Below, in pieces: positions 50,852 to 62,074 of a stretch of DNA of 64,000 nt; the stretch's first letter is position 1, and every line of letters begins with the position of its first letter. The notes beneath the pieces are model-generated. The model searched no databases, was not told the origin of the DNA, and saw only the letters and a program-made list of their open reading frames with translations. The DNA comes from Trichosphaerium sp. ATCC 40318 (lineage: Eukaryota > Protista > Tubulinea): assembly GCA_038496445.1 (NCBI GenBank), contig JALMLS010000076.1, forward strand, positions 186,001-250,000, read 5' to 3'. The translations under genes and the position numbers were made by a program.

Positions 50852-53717
50852 CTATTTCCGAGGTGCCAAGCGAAACGATCCACTAGAGCTTCGTCTACGC
50901 GCTAGGTGGATAATGTAAGCGATACGAACAGTCTCAAATCACGCAAAAAAGATACAAATTGGGCTAAAGCAAAGAAGCGACAAAAAGTTCTATCTTCAGC
51001 GTACACGACGATGTAGGTGTACCAGGGCCATCTGCTGCTACTTTCATCATTTTTTGTATAATACGGACAATCTACAAAACAGCAAGTCAAAAAAACTTTG
51101 CAACTAACTTGGCTTATTTACCTTTGAAAATGAAGGTCTGTTCTTTACTTTCTGAGCCCAGCAGGATTTAATAAAATTTTTGTAATCCTTTGGACATTCC
51201 TTTGGAATAGCAGGTCTCTTACCAGCTATAACAAGAGAAGGAATATTAAACGATGATTGATCTTCAAAAGGGATTTTTCTCGTCAACATCTCATACAGTA
51301 CTACAAAGTGCATCAGTAGAACCATACAACTTATCTGATAGCGTTACCTGCACCAAAACTATAAACGTCTGCCTTTTCTGTGTACTTTTGATTCTCAAAT
51401 ATCTCTGGAGCTATCCAAGCAACAGTACTAGAGCTAAAAGTTAGTGCTACCAATCCAAACACAAAACAATAAAAAAAAAGCTTATTTCGAAACATACCCG
51501 ACATTACCCGTCATATTCTTCTTTGTGTCTATAACACGGCTATAAAGCATTATTAGATACAATACAGTACAAAAATACCATATAACAAAGAAAATACCTT
51601 AAACCAAAGTCACAAACCTTTGCTATTGTGCAGTTGTCTTTGACCTTTAAAAAAAAACATTAACTTCGGAAATACCTTTTTTGATATGGCTCACGGCCTT
51701 CTCACGTACCAGTATATTACAACTCTTCAGGTCTCTGTGTATTAAATTACAACTATGTAGGTACTCCATACCACGTGCTACTTGAAGGGCAATAGAGTAC
51801 ATTTTTTTCTTATCAAGAACATAATCTTCATCTTCGATATAATAATATAAATTTTGTTCCATTAACTCAGTTACAATTGTGTACTTTCCATCCTCTGTAG
51901 TAAAGATTATGAACAAGAAATATACGCCAAAAACATACCTGTACAACCACCAATACAAAGAACTAAATTAGGATGCCGCACAAGGCTAAAACAAGTCAGC
52001 GAAAAGGAATCATCAAACAACTTGTTTTTTGTATTGTACCTCATGATACTTAACTCACGCATGAATTCTGTAGGGTTACTAACTCCTCGAAACTTCTTGA
52101 CTGCAACAACTTGATCACGCCATTTTGCTAAAACAGTTCATTACACATCAAGAACAAAATGAAACTTCGGGTAACTCCATACCTTTAAACACAGACGCTT
52201 CTGTACCATCACCAAGTTTACCTTTATTCAAGTCAATCTCGTACTCTGACGCTGGTATCTCTTCATGTATTATAAGCTAAAAATAAGGGTTAATTGGAAG
52301 GATCAATGTAATGCTATTACCCCATCTCCATTACTACCAAGAAGATGCGCAAGTGTTTGTTTCTCCTTTAAAATAGCAGAACAAATTGTATCGCGAGAAA
52401 GAGCAAAATCTGAACTACAAAGCAATGTAAATAACTCAAAGATTACGCCCACAGAAAAATAAAAAAAATACTTACGGTGGATCTAAAATACATTTACCAA
52501 GAGTCTTTGCAATCAATGATTTAATTTCTGGATCACCAGAAGAATTCATTAATCGCATAACTGTATCAAGTTCTTCCTGAGTATACAAACCTTAAAACAA
52601 AGTCAATCGAAAAAAAAAAAAAAACACCAAAAAACATTTCATTTTCCATTTTTATAACATGCCTCTAGTCTCCAATTTACCGCTCTTTAGCAATCCTTCA
52701 ATCTCTGATGATTTTTCTGCTTCTGTTTTATTATCCACGTGATATATTTGGGATCTAAATAACGTGTCAGGTTGCAACTTGTTTAAATCTTTAAATCTCT
52801 TAAAACTTGCGTTAGAATATTCTGTTCATCTGTAGATGGTAAGTGACGGATAGGGTAAAAGAAGTTTCTATATGCTAGAGCCATTTGGCTTGCTACAAGC
52901 CTAGAATTCGCCATTAGTTTAATTTGCTTTAAAATAAATAAAACGTGTCTTACCTTTTGCGCTCAGTGGATAATTTACCAAAGCAGAATGTTGGTATTGC
53001 TATTGTCTGTATTCCCTTTTGTTGTGAAGAATTCTTTGACAGTGCTTGTTTATTATGTTTTAACACCTCTATAAGTACGCCACGCATGGCGTTGTATGCA
53101 TAGTCTGTGTTTGGGGTTTGTCTAACCTCCGATTCTCGTCTTACAAGTGACACGATAGCAACGTACTTGTAAGGTACTCCAGCTTCCTTAGGAGCCTGCA
53201 TTTATTGCGTTAGACTAACGTTTAGGCAATGTAAACTGCGTGCTTTTAAGAGAAACGCTGTTCCAGCTGGTTGCTCGCCATAGTAATTGTGGAGTATGTA
53301 GTTGTTTACCTTAGCAACAAACTTCTCGCCAAAGGGTCTTCGACGTAGTATTTAGGGGTATAGCCAAAAGTAGCTTATTTTAACGTACGAAAGGTAGTAA
53401 TCGGCCACAACGTACTCGCTTGAGTGCCCAAAAGCGCTTGGTATTGGTATTACCTTGATTCTAATTTAGTCGACATGCCATAAAATAAAATAGCGCACCA
53501 AACAATCTATAGACGCATATGATTGGAATGGGTCTTTTGTAACTGTTGCATTAGGGAAAGCATGAAAGTAGTCCTGAAATTGAGGTGCAGACACATCATC
53601 TCCTTGTATTTCTTGTAGGAGCAATATCTGAACTGATTCCATTACCAACAAGTGCAATTTCTGTAATAAAATTAGCTCTTCTTACGTAACAATTCTCCAA
53701 ATTAAAACGGAAGCCAT
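50852..53717 (-). CDS. Macrodomain-like N-terminus + TKL-group protein kinase
   Basis: Macro-like: IDCL|VIP..AFG, YYGEQPAGTA, DYAYNAMRGVL, IQTIAIPTFCFG, VASQMALAY. Kinase: LGDGTEASVFK, VAVKK, HRDLKSCNIL, DFG, GTVAWIAPE, DVYSFG, RPSF. Confidence 0.88.
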
Positions 53718-53809
53718 TTTGTCAGAGCAAGTCATCAACGGCTCAAAATAAAACCACAAGAACTGTTTTGTGTCTGTCAGTTAAAGCAGAATAAAAACAA
53801 ACACTAATA

Positions 53810-55223
53810 ATGAAAAGTACACCAAAGAAACGTAAACAAAGGCGTAATGCCAAACTTATTAAAAGGATGAGCGAGATACTAGATGACCTATGCTGGTAAG
53901 AGGAATTCTGATTTGTGTAATACCAGTTGGTTAATTTCTATTTAGTCGCTTCGTTATAAACTGCCCTGAAGAGGAATGGGCTTTTGAGCGTATTTGCTTT
54001 CAAATAGAACAAGCTCATTGGTTTTACGAAGATTTTTACCGGTAAGTGCACTCCCCAGCGCTGCAGTACCATAAATCGCTCATTTTCATGATTCATTGTT
54101 ATTCTAACTCCTTTTAAGAGAAAATGACGATAAACTGCCTCAAATGAATTTGCGTGTATTCTCAGAGAAGAGTACGTACCTATTTCGAGTGTATTTTAGA
54201 TTCAATTGACACTTTTAACGTTCTTAAACAGTTTTTGCGCACTGTCCTCTTTTGCACCTTTACGGAGATCAGTTTGAACAGATCTTTGATGTTTTTAAGA
54301 ATTACAAAATGCGTGTGCCTGTATACGGCGCTATAATTCTAAATGCTACACTTGATAAGTGCTTATTGGTACGCATTGATTTTATTTTTTTATTTCAACC
54401 CACGTGGGTATCAATAGCCGTGGTGTGCTTGACAAGTATTTTTTTGTTGACGATTTTTTCTTTTTAGGTTCAAGGATGGGGTCAGCGCTCTAGTTGGGGT
54501 TTCCCACGAGGAAAAGTAAATAAGGATGAAGACGGATTATTATGCGCCATTAGAGAAGTTTATGAGGAGATAGGGTTCGACTTAAAAGGTCACGTCTCCG
54601 AAAAGGATCATCTCAAACTTTTCAGGTATGTTTTTTTTTTTTAGCTCTGGTATTTCTCTTGGAATAGAGGTGATAAAACCTTGGTACTAACAATCTTTCA
54701 TAGGAACGAACAAGAGTGCAAGTTGTATATTGCGCCTTTTATACCAGAAGATACGTTTTTTGAGCCTCAGACTCGAAAAGAAATTGGCGTAAGAATTTTG
54801 TTGCTGTTTTTTAGTTTTAGTTTTGACTATTATTTTAGGCAATACAATGGGTCAAGGTATCTGATCTACCATCCCAACAGTCAAAAAATGGAAAGGATAG
54901 AAGTAAATACTTCCTAGTGTTGCCTTTTGTAAAGAAACTAAGACAATGGATAAAACGTAAAAAGCGTGCTATGGCAGTACGCATTTTTCTTTCACTTCGA
55001 TTTGTTGTTTTTTTTTTGTTGTTTGGTTTTTTTAACGCCTATGTAGAATGATAATGATGCTGCTGTTCAAGAAGTAGATGATGATCATATTGTAGAAGAT
55101 GTTGAGGAAGAAATAGATACTGAACCTATTGATGTTATCCAACATGACCAAAGATATATCCCTTCTCTAGCAAATTTCAAGTTCGATAGAACTGCGATTA
55201 TGGAGTGCTTCAATAACCTGTGA
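53810..55223 (+). CDS. DCP2: mRNA-decapping enzyme subunit 2 (Box A + Nudix)
   Basis: ILDDLC|xRFVINCPEEE..FERICFQIEQAHWFYEDFY, YKMRVPVYGAIILN, Nudix box WGFPRGKVNKDEDGLLCAIREVYEEIGFD, FEPQTRKEI. Confidence 0.95.
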
Positions 55224-55249
55224 TTTCATTTGGATTTCAATACAACCCT

Positions 55250-55920
55250 TCACGGCGACACAACAAAGCAATGAGGCCCTGTACAGCAATTTTTCTTCAA
55301 TCCTCAACCACGTGGGTGCTTCCTTGATGTTTTTCTTTGCTTCTTTTTTTACACTTTCGCTGGCGTATTCTTTTTCGCTTATGACCTAGTGACGCACGTG
55401 GTGGTCGGTCAGCCACACTAAGAGGTTGCAGGAACAACGCAACATCCAAAAGTTCGAGCTTTTCTATGTAATTATTGATAGTGACTTGTAACCGAGTATT
55501 ACACACCGTTGTTGCGTTTTCGGTGGGTTAGCGAATAAAAAGAGCATTTTGAAGCGTACAAGAATAAATTGCGCGAAGGCAGTATTCAAACAGTAACTGG
55601 TACTTTAGGCGTTTTGATACGTATGTACCGTATTTTGCGTTGTACAAGCGAAAGTTGAGCAAAGGTACTTTAAACCTTTTTTTACGCGTATATATACTTC
55701 GGAAAACTCGTTGTAGATGGTTTCAAGTTCAATAAACACGTTTGAGATCTTTTCATCTCATTTCTCATTTTGTACGCTTGCTTATCCTTTGAACTTTCTT
55801 TCTAAGCGTAGAGGCGCTACTAGAGTGTAAAAAACAGTGAAACACACAAAACCATTTCTTTGCTGTTTCCTATTTTTGTTCTGAGGTATCCTAGAGGCTA
55901 GGGGCGGCACTCATTGGTGT
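55250..55920 (-). CDS. Possible small multi-exon hypothetical gene
   Basis: Exon-like segments (MRNEMKRSQTCLLNLK..., RLQVTINNYIEKLELLDVALFLQPL) bounded by plausible splice sites. The model is unresolved. Confidence 0.3.
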
Positions 55921-57310
55921 TTTTACAGGTACCACAATAAATAGCTACTGCCACGGAAGCAATTTAAAAAGAGGATGTATGCTCTATTCACCAGCAATGA
56001 AGAAGATATCCTGACATGCAAGTGTTGGGAGCACTGTGTTAGTAGAATTTCCGTTTAGGATTTCTGCGTATGACCACTACATCTATCGGAGCTTTTTTGT
56101 TAAAGTCGGGTAAAAATGTGAGATTTTGTTGGTGTTGTATCATGGCACCACATGCTTTTTTTAAGTTCTACATGCTCTCAACGGCTTTGAAATTAGTTTG
56201 TGTTCGATACCATAGAAACCTAGTATCACGCAAAAAAAATGCAAGAATTGAATAATTTGAGTTTTACCCTATTTTTCTTGCAGGTTGTAGCCGGTCCCAA
56301 CTTAAACGGCTAAACGGCTATAGCCATTTGGCGACCACCTCTATGTACATACAAAGTACACAAAGAAGTGAAATGTAGTTGCAGATGGATTACCCTACTC
56401 GCAGGTCATTTCAATTCAAGTCGATTTTATTTGTAAATGTTGGTTGTGTACTTGTGGTCCAGGTGCAGGTACAGATGGAGGGACGTAAACGCTCGAACAG
56501 CTAGTAGGTGCAAAACACGCTCAAAAGAGCTTTAAAGTATCGTGAGTCTAAGAGGTAGACGTCATGGCTTCTTGCTAATGCATTAGAGTCCACAAAAGAA
56601 AGGCAAACACTATTTTGAATTAAAAGAGCGCCAAAAAGCCGACAGTGGCATCACAGTTACGCGAATATCTCTAATATTGCATACACGATCGTTTGAGAGC
56701 AAAAGTCAACAGAAAATCGGTAACGGTACGATCACGTTTTTTTGAAACCGAAAAGGCAAGTTACAGGTTCAAACCGTCACCAACGCTATGATACATTACG
56801 TTATAAAATCGAGGCATGTTTTGAGCGACAAGCGCTTAAGGGAAGCTACAACAGAAAGATCACCCTTTTTTTGGATCAAAGCAACACGGAAACGTATTAC
56901 TTTACATTAATATCATACCACCAATAAATAAAGGTTGATTACGCAAATTCTCGGTTCTTTGGATTCTTATTGGCTTAATATCAGTTTTAAATATAGATGA
57001 GTATCAAAATACGCGTGTAAGATACCACGCAGGAACGCTGAAACCGGTGTAAGTTGTATTTAAGTATTTTTCGAATTTCACTTTTTTTCACACTTGTTTC
57101 TCAACATTGCAATCCCGATTTACTTCATAACTCCATATCTTAAAACCCAACATCAAAATCCGTACATCTGCTATCGATTGGCCCTTATATGCTTAGATTA
57201 ACATGTACAACACACTGGACTGGTTTTCGCAAAAACTGTAGGAAACCACAATTTTTTTGCAACAAGAAATTACTTGGTTAAAAGGAAAATCGATTTTTTA
57301 TCTAGTGGAA

Positions 57311-57623
57311 GCATACGAATACTACAACTATAATATCTATACTTCTGCTTGACATGTCAAGACTACTCCGAGCAGTGCGAAAGTACGCTCGTAAAAAATA
57401 CAATTCTCTCCTGGGCAGACCATTAGTGATTAAAGTCACGGTCACAGTCCCTAAAAGCATCTTGGTTAATACCAATCCAGACTACACATACGCTCTGACT
57501 TGGGACCCACAGGTAGAAGACCTCTACTACCCACCTACAGGCGTATCAAATATCATAATGATATCCAGCTATGACATTGATCTAGCAAAAATGGCATTCG
57601 AAGGCGGAAGCCCAAGAATGTAA
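57311..57623 (+). CDS. Probable last exon of a hypothetical gene (or pseudogene) starting upstream
   Basis: The frame of ORF 57354-57623 stays open back to a ttttatctag acceptor-like site near 57305. Upstream exons are not resolved. Confidence 0.35.
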
Positions 57624-58423
57624 AAAAAACAAAAAAAAAAACAAAAAAAAAAAAACAAAAAAAAATTTTGCTAGAACCAATAGGTTATTGCAACAACCCC
57701 TTTTGTAGACAAATATCACTTTTTTTGCTGCCAAAGTATCGCTAGTAGCGAAAAAAAAACCCAATGATAAGAGTTTGTTGTTGGTATCACGTAGAGTTAC
57801 ATTGTCGTAAGCGTTTGAAAATCAAAAGCTGCATCAACATACACCAGTCAAAAGTAGACCAGTCCTCAGATCACCAAAGAGCAACAAAGACAGTCTTGGG
57901 AGGAAAGGAACACATCTGTACTTGACAGAGAGCTCAAGCGCAGAGCGAGCGTGTGGTTTATTATTGCAAAGCAAAAGTGTTTTGAAATAAAAAGAAAAAG
58001 TTTTAAGTCTAACGCAGTTTCCGCTGGGTGGAGTGGGTGGGCGTTATCTGCTTTTTATCATAGTTATTGCTTGATTGGTGATGGACATCAAGTTGGCGGG
58101 TCCTCTTTGTTCAAACGTCGTGAAATGTACATCATGTTCATAAAAATGTTTCATCAAACCTTTGATTTGATGATGGTCAGTGCAAATTGCACGTGTTCAG
58201 TACTCGCGCACATTAACTCCTAATCATTAGCACATGACTTTCTTGTCCTACCCTCTATTGATGTATCCTTATACTGCACTTTGTATGGCGGTAGGACCAA
58301 AAAGTCAAGTGCTACTTAACTAGCTTAACGCTAAATTGAAACAGCGTTATTTCAGACAACTAATACACTGAAAGTGTTCAAATCATCTTGAAAGCATAAC
58401 ACTAGGCATTATAGGCGCTTGAG

Positions 58424-59353
58424 ATGGAAGCACAACCAAACAATGCAAAGCGATGCTTTTCAGATGACTGTACAGTCATAGATTCTATCCTAGAACATAT
58501 CAACAGCGATATGTTCAATGCCATCGTCAGTATGGTGCTAATAGCAGAAGCACCAGCTGTAACGCAATTAAAAGCTACAAACAAACGCATTTATCAACGC
58601 ATAGCATCTATACAGTCTTTTACGCCTGATAAACTAAAAGAAACCGCGTTTCTTCAAATACTCAACCCTGAGCGTCAAACATACCTAAAACTACTCAAAT
58701 CTATACAACAAGGCAAATACAGAGTATTTTGTGTTGATCAAGACAAAACAAGAATTATCTCGTTTACTTCACTCTATGAATCTCTATCAACACCTAAATT
58801 ACATGGTATGGGTATTAGACCAATGGCTGATGTTATTGAATACTCAAATATTAACGGAGCAATTCACATGAGTTGGCCTCAAGGTATTTTTTGTAAAGAC
58901 TGTATTTCTGTTCCAAGGCCTCATTTTGGAGATGGTTACCGTACCATTGCATCCGTGACTACACGTGATAAGAACGTTTGTGGTAGACATACTAATCACA
59001 AGGAAGCTTTTATTCCTCTTGTATGTGTGACATGTAGCTTGGGGAATGCTATTTTTGAATGGGAAGGTAAGATATATTGTTCAAGATGTATGATAAAAAG
59101 TCCTGTTCGTTCTTTGAAGTATATGATTCATCATCGGGTTGTAGAAACTACAAAGTTTAAATCAAACTCCCCTGGGGTCTATAGTATTGCCAAGGATCAC
59201 TCAGTGCTTGTTGTGGAACTATTGGATGATGATATGAGGACAAAACTTGAAGATCCTAGCAGTTCTGCTTTTATTATTCAACAACTAAAAGAAAGCTTCT
59301 TTTATCAAGATCCTTTTGATAGTAGTTGCCTTTGGCTTCTTGCCTGGGATTAA
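58424..59353 (+). CDS. Intronless 309-aa hypothetical protein, degenerate F-box-like N-terminus, Cys-rich (CxxC) middle
   Basis: SILEHINSDMFNAIVSMV...VTQLKATNKRIYQRI, then CKDC, CGRH, CVTC, CSRC. Confidence 0.65.
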   Translation: MEAQPNNAKRCFSDDCTVIDSILEHINSDMFNAIVSMVLIAEAPAVTQLKATNKRIYQRIASIQSFTPDKLKETAFLQILNPERQTYLKLLKSIQQGKYRVFCVDQDKTRIISFTSLYESLSTPKLHGMGIRPMADVIEYSNINGAIHMSWPQGIFCKDCISVPRPHFGDGYRTIASVTTRDKNVCGRHTNHKEAFIPLVCVTCSLGNAIFEWEGKIYCSRCMIKSPVRSLKYMIHHRVVETTKFKSNSPGVYSIAKDHSVLVVELLDDDMRTKLEDPSSSAFIIQQLKESFFYQDPFDSSCLWLLAWD

Positions 59354-59392
59354 ACGTTCCTGATTTTTCTGAGTACAGTAAAAAGTACTTCT

Positions 59393-59732
59393 TCAATCAA
59401 TAGCAATGAAGCTTTTTTTGTTTCCACCAGCAAATTCTCTTACAATATCATACTTAATATCACCTTTTAATATGACACTTGTGTTTCCAAGAATACCACC
59501 ATGTTGTACAATTCTTTTTGCTTGTTCAGGTGTCACTACAATTTCATGGTACCCAATGACTTCGTGAATCATTAAAGAGAGTAAGTGACAAGCTGCAAAT
59601 CTTGTTGTAGTTGTTTGTCGTAGAACATGCTCTAATATCTCAGGTGGAAACTTTAGAAATGTCACCTTAGCGCTGTCACGTAGACATCACATGTATCCGA
59701 GCGGCAAGTCGATACTGTGGGCACTGTTTTAT
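59393..59732 (-). pseudogene. Truncated F-box-LRR paralogue (F-box + linker, no LRR array)
   Basis: FLKFPPEILEHVLRQTTTTRFAACHLL...IGYHEI...REFAG, then diverges. It has a 9-nt deletion relative to the sister copy at 61321. Confidence 0.8.
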
Positions 59733-59967
59733 GGAAAACTGTCACAGAACTAGAGCCAAAAGTGGCTCTAAAGTTCGCGAAACATGGTCCTGGAAAGACA
59801 TCCACGTTACCTCTAATGGTGTTGGTTTTATTCTTTTTCTTTGTTGACGCGCGACAGTTACCACGATTCATTTGGACTACCCTTTTCACCACGTGACTTC
59901 AGACAAACGTCGTGTATTTTCTTCATAACGCAGGCTCACCACAAGAAGAACGTGTACTCACAACCAT

Positions 59968-61137
59968 ATGGCCAATCGTTCAGTGACAGTTGATCGGTAC
60001 TACAACAATGTTGAATAGTGTTGTTTATTCTAAATAAATGCTTTCAGTACCACCGCTGCCAAGAGGAGTATTTTGGAGCTACCTACAGAGATTTTATCGA
60101 AAATTTTAAGTTTTACAACAACGTCGCGATTTGCTGCTTGTCAAACATGTCGTTTCTTCTCTTCTATCATTCATGACATTATTGGATACTACCATATTAA
60201 AATAAGAACAGAAAATCAAGTAAGAGCTGTTGTGAAGCATAGTGGTATTCTTCGAAACACAACAATCAGAGTAACCAACCATTCTCGTTACTTTTCTCCT
60301 GGCATCTTAAAACTATTTGCTGGTGTTCATTCAATCGATCTTTATACCTTTCTTGTAACAGATGAAGATGTGAAAGCGCTTTCTGGAGTTCATACCATAA
60401 ATCTGTCTCGTACACCAATAACAGATGAAGGCGTAAGAGCACTTGCTGGCGTTCATACAATTGACCTTACTACAACTAATGTAACAGATAAAGGCATAAA
60501 GGCACTTGCTGGCGTTCACAGTATACGTCTTAATGATACTCAGGTGACAGATGAGGGTATAAAAGCACTAGCTGGTGTTCATTATATTCAACTTAGCACC
60601 ACTCAGGTAACAGATGAAGGCGTAAAAGCGCTTGCTGGCGTTCACACTATACATATTCGCGAAACTAAAGTAACTGATGAGGGTATTAAAGCGCTTGCTG
60701 GTGTCCATAAGATAAACCTTGAAGCCACTGCTGTAACAGATGAAGGTATAAAAGCACTTGCTGGCGTTCATACTATACTTCTTATTGGTACTAAAGTGAC
60801 AGATGAAGGCATAAAAGCACTAGCCGGTGTTCACACTATTAACCTCAGTGGCACTTCAGTAACTGATGAAGGCATAAAAGCACTAGCTGGTGTTCACATT
60901 ATTAACCTTGGTGGCACTTTAGTAACAGATGAAGGAATCAAAGCACTTGCTGGCGTTCATACTATTGACCTTTCATTAACTTCAGTCACAAATGAGGGTA
61001 TAAAAGCACTAAAAGGTGTTCACAGAATTTCCGTTTTTGGCACATCAGTAACAGATGAAGGTGTTAAAGCTCTAACTGGTTCATACCCTACATGGAGAAA
61101 TATTAATGGATTTCTGAAACTGCCTATGAGAATGTAA
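59968..61137 (+). CDS. F-box + 12 LRRs of 21 aa (GVHxIxLxxTxVTDEGIKALA)
   Basis: ATG 59968 (MANRSVTVDR), phase-2 intron 59997-60047, then TTAAKRSILELPTEILSKIL. The array has a 63-bp period. Confidence 0.92.
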
Positions 61138-61320
61138 ATTAAATTGATGTACAGCGGTACTTTGACAATATTATGGTTTGTTTATGCTAGCTAAAACGCA
61201 GAACAGTTTCTGAGTTAGTTTCATCTGTTCAATCAGTTGTTTCGAACACTTTAAGCCAAGTTGATTAAGAAGGTGATTGTCTGTAAAAATTTTACGAAAG
61301 GTCATGTGATTTCTTTTCAA

Positions 61321-61608
61321 ATAAAACACAGGGCCACAGTATCAACTTGCTGCACGGAACTACAAGTGATGTCTACATAAGAATATTCTAATATTGCTTT
61401 GCAGTTAACGTGTGACATGACAGTGCTAAACCGACATTTCTAGAGTTGCCACTTGAGATATTAGCGCATATTCTACGCCAAACAACCACAACAAGATTTG
61501 CAGCTTGTCATACGTGTCACCTACTCTCTTCAATGATTCACGAAGTCATTGGGTACCATGAAATTGTAGTGACACCTGAACAAGCAAAAAGAGTTGTACA
61601 ACATGGTG
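61321..61608 (+). pseudogene. Truncated F-box-LRR paralogue, inverted sister of 59497-59732
   Basis: FLELPLEILAHILRQTTTTRFAACHTCHLLSSMIHEVIGYHEIVVTPEQAKRVVQHG, then unrelated sequence. Upstream non-coding DNA is also shared with the 59.5-59.7 kb copy. Confidence 0.8.
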
Positions 61609-62074
61609 CTATCTACTACTTGCAATTTGTTCATTTGTATCAAAGCAAGGTGTTAAAGAACTGTCTAGTATTTGTGAATGTATTGTGGGGTAAAAGTGTA
61701 ATCGTAATCATTGTTTGGAGGATAATTGAGGTCAGGTCATAGCACTAGTTAACGTAGAATACCAAAATTTCATCAAAGGTTACCATTGATTTTGTTGATG
61801 GAAGCGCAGACTACATTGTGATTTGGACATGAATCCTGTTTCTTGGATTCGTCCTTTTATTGCCACTAATCACAACTATATGTTTTGCTCTCACTTTAAA
61901 TTTCACGTGTTCAGTATTCATGCACGTGATAGCACGAATTTCAAAAAAGCTTTATTAGATGAACCACCTTATTGTTGTATCTCTCAAGTTACGTTACTAT
62001 CAAGGACCTAGTGACTACATAATTAAGCCATTTTGCTAAGCCAGGTTTGAATCAAAAAAGAGCCTCACCACACA

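Noticed and set aside
57621-57665. A-rich tract right after a stop codon suggesting a retrocopy
   Set aside because: The ORF appears to start at a splice acceptor, no TSD is seen, and A/T runs are ubiquitous in this genome.
60330-61080. 63-bp periodic conserved/variable pattern resembling a CRISPR repeat-spacer array (also 30050-31330)
   Set aside because: It lies in one open frame encoding LRRs, substitutions in the conserved part are mostly synonymous, there are no cas genes, and the context is eukaryotic.
29956-61608. Diversity-generating retroelement (TR/VR) explanation for LRR variability
   Set aside because: No reverse transcriptase in the window and no template/variable pair differing specifically at adenines was found.
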